A stretch of 64,000 bases of DNA, taken from Pristiophorus japonicus. Taxonomy: Eukaryota. The stretch lies in assembly GCF_044704955.1 (NCBI RefSeq), contig NC_091990.1, positions 156,674,001 through 156,738,000 on the forward strand, in the 5' to 3' direction. Below the pieces are notes generated by a model, which worked only from the letters and a program-made list of their open reading frames with translations, had not been told where the DNA came from and did not search any database. The translations under genes were made by a program, and so were the position numbers. This document shows, one piece after another, positions 24,959 to 38,179 of the stretch. How positions within the stretch are numbered: the first letter of the stretch is position 1; every line of letters begins with the position of its first letter.

Positions 24959-25773
24959 CTACAGAGAGTTGAAAAAAAAAGTTAGTCTGGTTTAGAAATC
25001 CAATCTGGCAGAAGAGATATCAATTTATTATCCGTTGAAGATAACCATAATATCAAAGCATTGTAATGAGGTGGTGCAATGTGCACAATACTAAACGCAG
25101 TACGCAATATCATCAGAGCTAGGTAATATGAGTTCCTGAACATGTACTCAACTGACTCCACTTAATAGCAGGTGCATTAAAAGCAATACAAGAGAAATGC
25201 TGGAAATACACAGCAGCTGTCATTGAGCAGGCCAGCATTTTGGATGGGGACCTTTAGTTTTGCAACCTAAAGCATGGATTTTTCTTCATTTCAGCTGCTT
25301 ACAGACCAATGCGCATTTCCAGTGTTTGTCTTTTATTTCGGATTCTCAGCAGCTGCAGTTTTACTTTATATCTCAACTAACAGAATCCAACAGAAAATTG
25401 ATCCAGATACAAATTGCTTTCCTTTTACACTGGTGGCACTAAATTTCTGCAGAGATTCTGAGCAGACTAACTTGCTTATTAACAAAAACTGTTCTTATTC
25501 TTATGCATCTTTAAAAAATTGAGGGGGAGAGGGGTGTTTGGATATGCATAACCTATTACTACTTGCTCTGGGAATATAATTTTTTTTAGACCGAGGGAAA
25601 CATTTCCTGAAACCAACTCCACAATTTACAATCTACAGGATTTTCATGTAGGGAGGGGGGAGAGGAAGGAGGGAGACTAGAGGAAGAAGGCAGCAGAAGA
25701 GAGGATCTTCATGCTATAAACAATATCCCAATATGAAAACAATATTTTAAGACAATATTATTCAACATTTTAC

Positions 25774-25866
25774 CTGCTTCAAAGATTCTATGCCCAACCA
25801 AGCAGAGTGATAAGCCATAGACGCCAATTATTGTGCAGAGAACCTGTATGCAGATGAAAGTTCTAT
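25774..25866 (-). CDS. TM7SF3: TM7SF3 coding exon (probable exon 7, 93 bp)
   Basis: ttttacag|AT ... GCAG|gtaaaa; (N)RTFICIQVLCTIIGVYGLSLCLVGHRIFEA; CxxGHR motif; phase 1 to 1. Confidence 0.9.
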
Positions 25867-25959
25867 CTGTAAAATGGAAAAAAAAAAATTCATTTGTTTT
25901 GGATAATGAAAAGAAAAGTTTTCAGTGATGCTACTTATCAGATTTTTTTTTTTTAAAGT

Positions 25960-27405
25960 TACATTTTCTTCAAAAGAAAGGTGTTGCTATGGGAACCCGC
26001 ATGGGTCCTAGCTCTGCCTACCTTTTCGTGGGATATGTGGAACATTCTTTGTTCCAGTCCTACTCGGGTCCCCTCCCTCACCTCTTTTTCCGGTACATTG
26101 ATGACTATCGGTGCAGTTTCCTGCTCTTGCCCTGAACTAGAAAATTTCATTCACTTTGCATCCAATTTTCCACCCTTCCCTCACCTTCACATGGTCCATC
26201 TCCGACTCTTCCCTTCCTAGACTTCTCTGCGTCCATTTCTGGGGACATTCACTACAAGCCCACTGATTCCCACAGCGAATTGGATGACACTTCCTCCCAC
26301 CCCGCATCCTGCAAGAACTCCATTCCATTCCCCCAGTTTCTCCGTCGCAACTGCTCTGATGACGCCACCTTCTACACTAGTGCCTCTGATGTATCTTCCG
26401 GTTTCCTCAACCGAGGATTCCCCTCCGCCGTGGTTAAAATGGCTCTCGACCATGTCCGTTCTATTTCCCACACATCTGCTCTCACCCCTTCCCCTCCCTC
26501 TCAGAACCAAAACGGTTCCCCTTGTCCTCACCTTTCACCCCACCAATCACATCTTCCCCTCCCCCATCTCCCTCCGCGACAACCTGGTCCATTCCAGTCA
26601 CCCCCAGCACCCCCTCCCCTTCCCATGCAAGTGTAGGAGATGCAACACCTGCCCTTTTATCTCCTCCCTTCCCACTGTCCAGGGCCCCAAATACTCCTTC
26701 CAGGTGAAACAGCAATTTACTTGTACTTCTTTCAATTAGGTTACTATATTCGCTGCTCACGATGTGGTCTCCTCCACACTGGGGAGACCAAATGCAGATT
26801 GGGTGACCGCTTTGCGGAACATCTTCATTCAGTCCGTAAGCATGACAACGAGCTTCCGGTCGCCTGTCACTTTAATTCTCCGCTCCACTCCCACTCTCAT
26901 ATCTCTGTCCTCAAACTCCTGTACTGTTCCAATGAAGCTCAAGGAACAGCACCTCATCTTTCTTTTAGGCACTTTACAGCCTTCTGGACTTAAGAGTTCA
27001 ACAATTTCAGACTTCAACCACTGCCCACAATTTGCTCGGATGTATTTTTTCTCTCTTTGTTCCCCATGGCAGCTGGTCATTATTCCACCATTCACACCCT
27101 ATCTAAACTAATCCTTTTCTAACTTCGGCTATTACCATCTCAAGTCAGCCCATCATCCCTTTTGTCTTTCTAATCTCTCCTGTCTTCCACCCGATCACAG
27201 ACCTTCCCTTTTGTTCTTTCTTCCTCTCCCCCTTTCAGTGCTCCTTAAGAATGTTCATTTTGAACATTCGCCAGCTCTGACGAAGGGTCATCGACCTGAA
27301 AAGTTAGCGCTGCTTTTCTCCACAGATGCAGCCTGACCCGCTGAGATTTCCTGCTTTTTCTGTTTTTATTTCAGATTCCAGCATCCGCAGTATTTTGCTT
27401 TTGTA
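25960..27405 (+). mobile_element. Penelope-like element (RT + GIY-YIG endonuclease, degenerate) with 3' pseudo-LTR
   Basis: Frameshifted KGVAMGTRMGPS, FFRYIDD and YYIRCSRCGLLHTGETKCRLGDRFAEHL, followed by a typical pLTR end. Related short pLTR remnants lie at ~14590-14740, ~20690-20780 and ~25190-25350. Confidence 0.88.
27272..27312 (+). ncRNA. Minimal hammerhead ribozyme-like motif in the Penelope pLTR (probably inactivated)
   Basis: CTGACGA (27277-27283), stem II GGTC-ATC-GACC, then GAAA (27298-27301). The usual GAAACGTT reads GAAAAGTT here. Confidence 0.55.
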
Positions 27406-28404
27406 CCAGATTTTTGTCAGATTCTGGTGAAATCTCAACAACCTGTGTTTCGCCTTGTAGAGGTGACCACATTTCAATTACAACTTTTCCAGAAACTGAT
27501 TAGGTTCAATAACCCCCAAAAAAGTCAGCTGCATCAGAAAACCATATCTGGACTTGGATGTTAAACATAAAGCTTGATGATAAATTAGAACATTACAAAA
27601 TGAAGAACTTTAACATGGTCTTGGATTGTATGTGAAAGAGCTGGAATCTTAATATCAAAAGGCACAATGTGTAATTCTACTTTATATTAGAATTAAAAGA
27701 AAAAAACACCTTTGATAAATAATTCATTAATATTGCATTACAAACAAGCACTTTAGTGAAACAAACTCAGTGCCCAACTCTTCACCGTGCATCACAATTT
27801 AACATTTACTAGAATATTAAATATGCATGTTTTCCAGGTTTACTATTTCAATTGTAATCTGCTTGTAAAGTTTTTTTTTTAATTAAATGCGGAAGAAAAA
27901 TTTGATCAGGAAATTTTACTTCCTGTATTTTAAAAAACACTTTCTGCGGATAGCTGCCTACAAGGTGGTCATGTATTAGTTGGGACGCCTGATCTGAGCT
28001 GGTCAATTTGTACTGAAATTCAAAATCTTGGGTGAAGAGGGGTGAGGGGGGGGGGGGTGGAATTGAAATCCATCTCTGATCTGGCCGTTTTAAAAAAATG
28101 TACTAAAGGTTATAGGTGACGCAGAGCAACAAGAGCATCTTCTGACCAAGTTGCCTTTAACATTTTCAAAAAAAAAATTATACAATTGCCTGAATCGTGC
28201 AGGTATCGAAATTAAAACTATTCTTTAATTCCTCTCATTTCCTCAGGTCACACATCTGCTGAGCTGGGTGATCAAGCAACCAACTTCTCCCCAGCTGTCC
28301 ACCAATCCAGACTCTCACCTATTCTCCTTTTCATCTGCGAGTCTGGACACAACTCAAATATATTTTATAAAATTTCATATACCTGGGAGTTATATTTTCC
28401 TTAC

Positions 28405-28582
28405 TTGATTCCTTACATGCGTATCCTTCCGAGGACAAACTGCAGGCGTATGTGGACACAGGGGCATAAGACGCAGAGGTCTTCAAATGAGGGTCCCTGA
28501 CAACAACATTGTATATCACTCCAGTGCCAACGTACGAGTTTCCATAGACTATACTCTTCTCATGTGAACTTATTGACGTGAT
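28405..28582 (-). CDS. TM7SF3: TM7SF3 coding exon (probable exon 6, 178 bp)
   Basis: ccatag|ATC ... TCAA|gtaagg; ITSISSHEKSIVYGNSYVGTGVIYNVVVRDPHLKTSASYAPVSTYACSLSSEGYACKES; GVIYNV.V.DP and TYACS motifs. Confidence 0.95.
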
Positions 28583-28774
28583 CTATGGTTGTAAGAGAAC
28601 GTACATTTAGTCTTCAAGTATACCAATTAACTAAACTAAAATACAGTAAGACATTCGTGGATCTTGACCCGAATGTAAATGTTAGTTCTTTTACTCCTAT
28701 TCAGGATGGTAGGATGCTGCCAACAGCAGGTAGCGGTAAGTATCACAAGAAGCAGTGCCCACCAAAGTTACATT

Positions 28775-29406
28775 GGGTTCAAATTTCCCCAAAGTCCGCC
28801 AGTGCCCGATTCCCACCCAAAAAACCACTAAGGCTGGGAAGATTATCGTCGGCAAAAACTTGCGGAAATTTTTTTTTTAAATCCGCCCAACGAAAAATAT
28901 GGGCCGTGCACCCCCAGTCTGGGTGGAAAAGTGCAATTTTGGCTAGATTGGATGGTGCCTAAAGAAAATGGGCGATAAATTTTAAAAATCTATAAAAATT
29001 TACCCTGAAGCCGTGGGTTGGGCCTAACACAAGAAAAATAAAATTAATTTTGCAAAACACCTAGCTTAAAAAAAAATCAAAAAAACATTCCCAACACACT
29101 TAAATTAAATCCCCAACAGATTTTGAAAATAAATAGTACAAAACCAATCACTTACCTTTGTCTTGCAGACCTACATACCTACCGTCCAGCTCTATTGATC
29201 CTCGTGGGCCGTTTAAAAATGTTTTTTTTCCATAGTTACCTATGGGTCCCCGCTCAGTGGACGGTGCACGCCGGCGGTCCGCTCCTCAGCGGGACTTCGA
29301 AACCGCCGGCGTACCTCAGGTAAGAAATTACCGCTCACCTCATTACCGCCCACAATGGCCAATATCGCCCAGAAACCAGGCGGTAAGCCATAGGAAATAC
29401 CAGCCC
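28775..29406. mobile_element. Harbinger-like MITE
   Basis: TIRs GGGTTCAAATTTCC / GGAAATACCAGCCC with a 3-bp TSD ATT/ATT. Confidence 0.75.
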
Positions 29407-29767
29407 ATTAAATTTACAACATGGAAACAGGCCATTCGGCTCAACTGGTCTATGCTCCTTCCACCCTTCTGTTTCTGCAGTGATAGTCCAGTACTATAAC
29501 CACTGGACTACTGTATTCTACACAACATAAACACAAAGGTCTGTCTGCAGTGTTTGCATGGCTTGTAATTTTCATCCAGTCGTGATCTGGTAGAGATCAA
29601 GCCAAATCCCCACATGTTACCACAGCATTGAGGTGTCATCCTGCTGCACTCTACTGGTGTTATAAGCATTGGAATTAAGAGTCTAGGCATACAGAAGCAT
29701 TGTGGTTATGTTACTGGACTAATAATTCCGAGAACCAGAGTTCAAATTGATGGTGTTTAACCACACC

Positions 29768-30182
29768 TGTAAGAATAAAAGTGTTTATTAATGAGATTGA
29801 TTCTGTGTATGTATAAATATTGAAGGAGAGATTATACGAAAGGACAGTTTTGAAAGACAAAATGGATGCTCTCAGGCTTCCAGCATGTTGTGTGTGTATA
29901 TTGTCTTCTGGCTGAACAGAGCTTAAAGATGTGTATTGGAAAGCCATTGACCTAATCAAGGAATGCACCGGTCCTCCAGACAGACACGTGTGAAGAGAGC
30001 CAATAAGGAACTGCCCTGGAACCAAGATCCAATCCTGGGGCTTTGAGAAACAATGGCTTTGAGAGCTATAAGAACTCAAGCCAAAGACTTCGCTCTCTCT
30101 TATTTCCTGAGCACACCGCAAACCGTCTGCTCAACAGCCGAAACAGCAGGCCATGTGTTCAGCCAGCCAGCCAGCCAGCGGA
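29768..30182 (+). repeat. 5' LTR (3' part and PBS deleted)
   Basis: TGTAAGAATAAAAGTGTTTATTAATGA... and CAGCCGAAACAGCA...CAGCCAGCCAG both match the 3' LTR. Confidence 0.85.
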
Positions 30183-30219
30183 AAGTTTCGTGGCATTCAG
30201 CGCATTTTATTGTGCCTGC

Positions 30220-31624
30220 AGAGATGAGGAATTAATGAGGCAGGAGGCCAAAATGATACAAGATTTAAAAGAATTGCAAGTAAAAGAGATTCAAAGAAAA
30301 GAAAGAGATTGAATGTATTAAAAACAAAAGCCGCCCTTCAACTTGTGATGCAGTTAAAAGATGGAAAAATACAGCATTTAAGACAAGAAATTGGTCAATT
30401 AAACCACAGTATTAGGCAATTAGAAAGAGGGGCCAAACAGGCAGCTTCATTGCTACAACAACAAAACCTCTCAAATTTAAATGCCACAGCAGCCATTGTT
30501 GAAGCAAATGAAAACAAATTAGAGTTAAAAAAATATAAATGGGAAAACTTGAGGCTCCAGCAAGAGATAGAAGATGCTAATGGGGAAAAATTAAGGAAAG
30601 TAATTAAGAAGCCACATAGGGAGGCAGATCACTTCCAGTGCCAACTAGAAATAGCGAGGCTAAAAAGTAAAAGTAAGTTAGGGGAGCAGTCAGTATAATC
30701 CCCAGGAGAGTGCCGTAGGATGGGATACCTTGGAGACACAAGAGCCAATCGTAGCCGTAGTAACCACTTCTTCATGACATAATACACACGGTCATATCAC
30801 CAGTAAACATACCAACACACGGCCCATATCTGGTGCTGGGGCCCATAATGATGTATAGCCACGAGTTGGGGCCCATTAATGATGGGGAAGACTCATTGGA
30901 AGTTAACAGGAGATGGACAAATTTCAGGAGGGGTCACCCAGAGTTGGAAAAGAGACTTAACACGAGTTCTCCTCTTAGCCTATTGCACTTCCCTAAAAGA
31001 TAATCTGCCAGACGCAGTCCTCCAGCCTGCCTCAGCGGCCGATGCACTCATGGCTGAGATCCTAAACCATTTAGAGATCTGAAACTTGAACTTAGTGGCT
31101 CTGCTTAATCAGACCAAGCAGTGCCCAGAAGAGACCCCGAGAGCCTTCAGTAATCGCCTGTACGATATCTATCAACATACTCAGAACCAGGCACCCGCAA
31201 ATGCTACAGCAGGAAAGAACCAGGAACAATTTAAATCGATGTTCCTGACCCAACTCCATTCTTTAGTTAAAACCACCCTGGACATAGCCATGAGGCCCAA
31301 CAATCAGTGGACCGATAGGAGAGCAGTGCTCAAACAGCCTGGGAGATGGTAAAAGACCAGTTAAAAGTGAAGTCACCACACACTGCAAATAAATCAGGGT
31401 CAACGGTGGAGGGATCTCAAAACTACCCCTTTAAGGGACAATGCTTTAATTGTAAGGAGGTAGGCCACCTAGCAAAAGACTGCAGCAGACCCAGACCAGC
31501 ACAGAACCATGATGCAACGCATAGATACCTCCCGAGGGACGAATCCAAGCCCTCTGGGACAGATCAACGATTGGACCAGTTGATAACGCTCATACAAACC
31601 CAAATTGCCACGGGGAGGATATAA
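30220..31624 (+). pseudogene. gag: gag region: coiled-coil N-terminal segment, capsid-like segment and CCHC zinc knuckle (broken by stops and frameshifts)
   Basis: K/E/Q/L-rich heptad ORF 30309-30698; QCPEETPRAFSNRL (major-homology-like); CFNCKEVGHLAKDC. Confidence 0.85.
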
Positions 31625-31699
31625 AATCATTTACCGGTGCACTCATTAGAGAGACCCATTCCAGGATCGACCCTGTGACAGGGTTCGGCCCCCAGAGAT

Positions 31700-34600
31700 T
31701 GGTCTGAAGTGGGGTTCCGACGGTAGCGGGAGACCAGTAGTCCTTGTTGTCTTAAAAAGGGGGCAGGCAGCAGATTATGCTCATCGATACTGGCTCAGCC
31801 GTTACCATCATCCACACCCCATACCCTGAATGCCTTGCAGCGGCGGGCAAAGGTTGTATGACTCTTAAAGGGTTTGACGGTGATACAGCCACCGCATATA
31901 CAGGGAAGGCCACTGAACTTCAGTTAGGAGACCTCACCTGTAAGGTCCCAGCGCCGATGTTGATGACCACCCCCGACGGAAGGGGAATTGTAGGGGCTGA
32001 TGTATTGGATCAGTATGGCGCGGTGATAGATTATAATCAGGACTGTGTTTGGATGGGATTGAGAGATAAAGCAGGAGTGATAGAAATTTCAGATGCTCAC
32101 TCAGTTATTGCTATTAAAAAGCCCTCTGAGTATGACCCTCCGGGGAGCGAAAATGAAGCCGTGGGAAAACGAATTCAGGAACACCTAGTGGTGTTTGCCA
32201 CATGCAAGCATGACTGTGGAAAAATGGCAGGTGAGGAATCGATTGAGGGATCCCCCCCCCCACTCATTCACTAAACAGTACCCCATTCCAAGGGACAGTC
32301 ACCCTTATATCTGAGACACCATAAAATCCCTAGTCGAGCAGGGTGTTCTTAGGACAGGCACTTTCACGACCAATTTACCCAAATGGTCGGTTAAAAAGCC
32401 CGATAGCAGCTGGCACTAACTATTGATTACAGAAAGTTAAATTCTGTAACACCAGCCTGCTCACCGGTAGTAAGAAAAACTCCTACCATATTATCTCAAA
32501 TTCCTGCTGTATTTCTCGACCCTCGACATCGCCAATGGATTCTGGAGCATTCCTGTTAAGAGGGAAGACCAGTACAAATTTGCGTTCACATTTGAAGAGC
32601 AGAGCTACACCTGGACATGCCTGCCTCACTGGTTCCACAACGTCCCCTCGATATTCCATAAAAGAATGGCTGCAATTTTAAAAGACTTTTCCCACCCTAC
32701 CTGCTTGCTGCAGTACATAGACGACCTACTGCTGGCAGCCGACAGCATGGAGGAACATCTGTCCCTTTTGCATGAACTTTTGACATTGTTGGCTCAGGCG
32801 GGACTAAAGGTGAATCCCCGTAAGGCTCAATTGGTAAAAGAATGGGTCACCTTTCTAGGACTGTCCATTTCTCCAGAGGGATCATGCCCCGACTCTCAAG
32901 GTGAAGATAATACAGCGACTGCCATTAACTACTTCCAAAACAGCCCTACGATCATTCTTGGGTTAGGTGAGGTACCCAGGCTTTGCAGAGTGTGCAAAGC
33001 CCCTGTTTGATTTAGAAGAACTGCAGGGTGATGACATACACCCGGCATAGACTGACACCCACACCCAGTCCATGGCTAAAATTAAAAACTGCAGTGATAC
33101 GGGCCGCATGTTTGATCCCACGCAGCCCTTCCATTTGGAGGTCGGGGCCACAGAGCAAAGCCTCACTGCAGTTCTGTGCCAAATGCGAGCTGATCGATTA
33201 CAGCCCATTGCATATGCGTCTCGAATTCCTGAAGGGGGCAGAAGACATATACCGCATGCGAGCGCCACCTACTGGCCGTCTTCTGGTTAGTACATCACTT
33301 TACCTTTATTACTGGGTTAGACGACAATCCTGCACAGCGGGCATACATCTCTGAAACTACTGATGAAACCTGGAGATTCACTAGTTTCCTCGCAGCATCT
33401 CAGCAAATGGACATTGGAATTTACGGAAAGAGACAGTGATACCATCTCCAAACCCACCACATTGCTGCCACAATTTCTGATCTATGAGCCGGACCTATAA
33501 GAATGTCCTTTACCCCTGATTAACTTTGAGACCCATCCTATGCAGAAAGAGCCCATACAGGGTGCCCCAGATGTCTATATCGATGGGTACTCAATACACA
33601 TTGAAGGAGCCCCTCACACCAGGTATGCTGTGGTATTGCCAGAACGAACCATCCAACGAAGATGCAACAGACAGTCTTCACAATATGCAGAAATCGCCGC
33701 ACTTTTAATTGCCGTGAAGGAAACCTCAGATAGACCCGCGAATATTTGGTCCGATAGTTCCTATGCAATAAACACCATGCTCTCCTTGCCCTTATACTAC
33801 AAAAATAACTATTGTACAATAGACGGTAAGGCCCTGGTCACACCTGCTCTGGTCAGATCTTAAACCGCGATCCCAGCCCTGCTTCTTGGAAAGGTAGCAG
33901 CCCATAGAAAAGGGGGTCCACATAGTGAGGGAAATTCCAGAGAAGACAGAGCAGCCAAGGACACGGAGATTGATGGGGAGATAGAGAATATAGTGATTTT
34001 GTTAGCAAGGCCTCCCCAACAGATCACCTAGATTTAAAATCCCTGCAGTAGCAATACTGGTAATATGCTGTTATAAGCACCTGGCACGAGGAAGGCAGAC
34101 CCCTTCCTCAACCACCAGCCTGGGCTCCTAATACCACTGCTAGCCACTGCCCCTGACTCAGATGAGCAATTGCTGATGTTCAAAAGAAAGCCAAATGTCT
34201 GCCCGGTGGTGTGTGTTCCACCAGAGGTGGGTCAGGAACTGCTCTCCCTCTTTCACTCCCATCCACAGCAGGTCACTATTCAGCTCTGGTAACCTTCTAT
34301 AAAGGTAACATCCACAGCTTGGTGGCCTTCCATGAGGGAAACAATCAACCAATATGTGGCACGATGCCTACCGTACCTGCAACACAATCCTCCCGCATGC
34401 ACAAACCGAGCCTTGCTTCAAAGCGCACCCCACCTCAAAGGCCATGGACTCACCTCCAGATAGACTTCATTGGGCCACTTCCACAGGCGCAAGGCAATTT
34501 TCAGCATGCCCTAGTGGTGATGGATCAATTCACTAAATAGATTGAAGCATTCCCCTGCTGCTCCAACACTGCAATCACAGCAGCCAAAACACTATTGAGT

Positions 34601-35300
34601 CATGTGTTTTGTAGGTGGGGAGTACCAGTACAAGTGGATAGTGATCAAGGTTCACACTTTACCGGTAAAATTTTTACCCACCTGCAGGAAATGTTGGGGA
34701 TAAAACACAAATTACATATTGCTCACCACCCCCAGTCATCCGGAGGGGTCGAAAGGGGGAACAGGACCCTCAAGTTAAAGTTTTAAAAAAATTGTGCACG
34801 GACCACTCCATTCAATGGGCGAACATGCTGCCAATGTGCTTAATGGCAATGAGGTCCACACCTCAGAACAACAGGGGTCTCCCCATATCAGGCCATGAGG
34901 GGGAGGCTCAAGAGAACACCAGGCCAGCTAACACTAACAGGAATGAGCCCATGACAACAAAAACATGTAGTTCCAAGTGGCTGGAACAAGTGGTAGATCA
35001 CACCGATCAGATCAATCGATTTGTGGCCACCAAATTGGGGAAGTCAAGAAGACAAATTAAAAGATACTTTGACAAGAAAGTGCGTCCCTTTGAATACGAG
35101 GTAGGAGACTCAGTAATGATTCCAAATTATGGGAAAAAGCAGCTGTCTTTGAGCCCAGGTGGTGGGGAGCACATAAGATTATAGACCGATTGAACCCTGC
35201 AGTTTATTTGATTCAGTTACTGGGGAAGAAGGGTGTTAAGTACAAGAAGTGGTTTCACATTAATCAATCAAAAACTGCCAAAGAGTATATACTGCACTGA
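31700..35300 (+). pseudogene. pol: pol: aspartic protease, RT, tether, RNase H, integrase (broken)
   Basis: LIDTGSAVT; TIDYRKLN, LDIANGFWSIP, LQYIDDLL; tether PFHLEVG..LQPIAYASR; RH VYIDG/YAEIAA/WSDSSY/KVAAH..GN; IN LQIDFIGPLP, DSDQGSHF, HPQSSGGVER, WFHINQ. Confidence 0.93.
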
Positions 35301-35377
35301 TCTTGTTTCCCACAGACCATGTTACGGATCCTCACGATTGTCAGGACGACACTGGTCACGACCGAAGCCGAGTGAAG

Positions 35378-37692
35378 ATAGAAACATAGAAACATAGAAA
35401 ATAGGTGCAGGAGCAGACCATTCAGCCCTTCTAGCCTGCACCGCCATTCAATGAGTTCATGGCTGAACATGAAACTTCAGTACCCCCTTCCTGCTTTCTC
35501 GCCATACCCCTTGATCCCCCGAGTAGTAAGGACTTCATCTAATTCCCTTTTGAATATATTTAGTGAATTGGCCTCAACTACTTTCTGTGGTAGAGAATTC
35601 CACAGGTTCACCACTCTCTGGGTGAAGAAGTTTCTCCTCATCTCAGTCCTAAATGGCTTACCCCTTATCCTTAGACTGTGACCCCTGGTTCTGGACTTTC
35701 CCAACATTGGGAACATTCTTCCTGCATCCAACCTGTCCAAACCCGTCAGAATTTTAAACGTTTCTATGAGGTCCAGTCTCACTCTTCTGAACTCCAATGA
35801 ATACAAGCCCAGTTGATCCAGTCTTTCTTGATAGGTCAGTCCCACCATCCAGGGAATCAGTCTGGTGAATCTTCGCTGCACTCCCTCAATAGCAAGAACG
35901 TCCTTCCTCAAGTTAGGAGACCAAAACTGTACACAATACTCCAGGTGTGGCCTCACCAAGGCCCTATACAACTGTAGCAACACCTCCCTGCCCCTGTACT
36001 CAAATCCCCTCGCTATGAAGGCCAACATGCCATTTGCTTTCTTAACCGCCTGCTGTACCTGCATGCCAACCTTCAATGACTGATGTACCATGACACCCAG
36101 GTCTCACTGCACCTTCCCCCTTCCTAATCTGTCACCATTCAGATAATAGTCTGTCTCTCTGTTTTTACCACCAAAGTGGATAACCTCACATTTATCCACA
36201 TTATACTTCATCTGCCACGCATTTGCCCACTCACCTAACCTATCCAAGTCACTCTGCAGCCTCATAGCATCCTCCTCGCAGCTCACACTGCCACCCAACT
36301 TAGTGTCATCCGCAAATTTGGAGATACTACATTTAATCCCCTCGTCTAAATCATTAATGTACAATGTAAACAGCTGGGGCCCCAGCACAGAACCTTGCGG
36401 TACCCCACTAGTCACTGCCTGCCATTCTGAAAAGTACCCATTTACTCCTACTCTTTGCTTCCTGTCTGACAACCAGTTCTCAATCCACTACCCCCAATCC
36501 CATGTGCTTTAACTTTGCACATTAATCTCCTGTGTGGGACCTTGTCGAAAGCCTTCTGAAAGTCCAAATATACCATATCAACTGGTTCTCCTTTGTCCAC
36601 TTTACTGGAAACATCCTCAAAAAATTCCAGAAGATTTGTCAAGCATGATCTCCCTTTCACAAATCCATGCTGACTTGGACCTATCATGTCACCATTTTCC
36701 AAATGCGCTGCTATGACATCCTTAATAATTGATTCCATCATTTTACCCACTACTGAGGTCAGGCTGACCGATCTATAATTCCCTGCTTTCTCTCTCCCTC
36801 CTTTTTTTAAAAAGTGGGGTTACATTGGCTACCCTCCACTCGATAGGAACTGATCCAGAGTCAATGGAATGTTGGAAAATGACTGTCAATGCATCCGCTA
36901 TTTCCAAGGCCACCTCCTTAAGTACTCTGGGATGCAGTCCATCAGGCCCTGGGGATTTATCGGCCTTCAATCCCATCAATTTCCCCAACACAATTTCCCG
37001 ACTAATAAAAATTTCCCTCAGTTCCTCCTCCTTACTAGACCCTCTGACCCCTTTTATATCCGGAAGGTTGTTTGTGTCCTCCTTAGTGAATACTGAACCA
37101 AAGTACTTGTTCAATTGGTCTGCCATTTCTTTGTTCCCCGTTATGACTTCCCCTGATTCTGACTGCAGGGGACCTATGTTTGTCTTTACTAACATTTTTC
37201 TCTTTACATACCTATAGAAACTTTTGCAATCCGCCTTAATGTTCCCTGCAAGCTTCTTCTCGTACTCCATTTTCCCTGCCCTAATCAAACCCTTTGTCCT
37301 CCTCTGCTGAGTTCAAAATTTCTCCCAGTCCCCAGGTTCGCTGCTATTTCTGGCCAATTTGTATGCCACTTCCTTGGCTTTAATACTATCCCTGATTTCC
37401 CTAGATAGCCACGGTTGAGCCACCTTCCCTTTTTTATTTTTACGCCAGACAGGAATGTACAATTGTTGTAATTCATCCATGCGGTCTCTCAATGTCTGCC
37501 ATTGCCCATCCACAGTCAACCCCTTAAGTATCATTCGCCAATCTATCCTAGCCAATTCACGCCTCATACCTTCAAAGTTACCCTTCTTTAAGTTCTGGAC
37601 CATGGTCTCTGAATTAACTGTTTCATTCTCCATCCTAATGCAGGATTCCACCATATTATGGTCACTCTTCCCCAAGGGGCCTCGCACAATGA
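35378..37692 (-). mobile_element. Young 5'-truncated CR1 LINE inserted in the LTR element
   Basis: ORF2 pieces 35477-37711, nearly identical to 59036-62320; (ATAGAAAC)n tail at ~35378-35400. Confidence 0.97.
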
Positions 37693-38179
37693 GAAGTGGG
37701 AGCTGCAGCATGGCTCACGAACAGCATCAATCATCAATGTGCTTTGAGAAGCAATAGTGCACTGAAGATACGGGAAGGGGAGAGTCTCCACTAGAGATGT
37801 TATTGTACTATAGTAAATCCCCCAAGTGTGGCCTACACCTTTGTGTCAAAAGGCTACTCCGACTGAGACTCTGGGGGCCGGCATCCAACCGGCCAAAGGG
37901 ACTCTGGGGGCCGGCGCTGACTTACATCTTAGGCGCTTAATCAACTTTTAAACTTTTTAAACAACCCGAGTTACTTTTTATACAATTTGGAAATACTTTT
38001 AAACATTTAAGAAACTTTTAAATAACCTTGGAAACTCGAAGAAACTTCGTAAAACATCCCCCAGTGGACAGCTGACCTTCCTAATGCCTGCCCCCCAATC
38101 AAGCCACGGGCCACCTACCATCAATGGCGCGACTCGGCGCCGAGCTTGCGGCCAACACCCCTCCGTAGCCAATCAGGCT

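Noticed and set aside
28383-28404. Alternative downstream donor (CCCAG|GTATAT) for the TM7SF3 178-bp exon
   Set aside because: It gives phase 2, incompatible with the next exon. The GTAAGG donor after 28405 keeps the frame.
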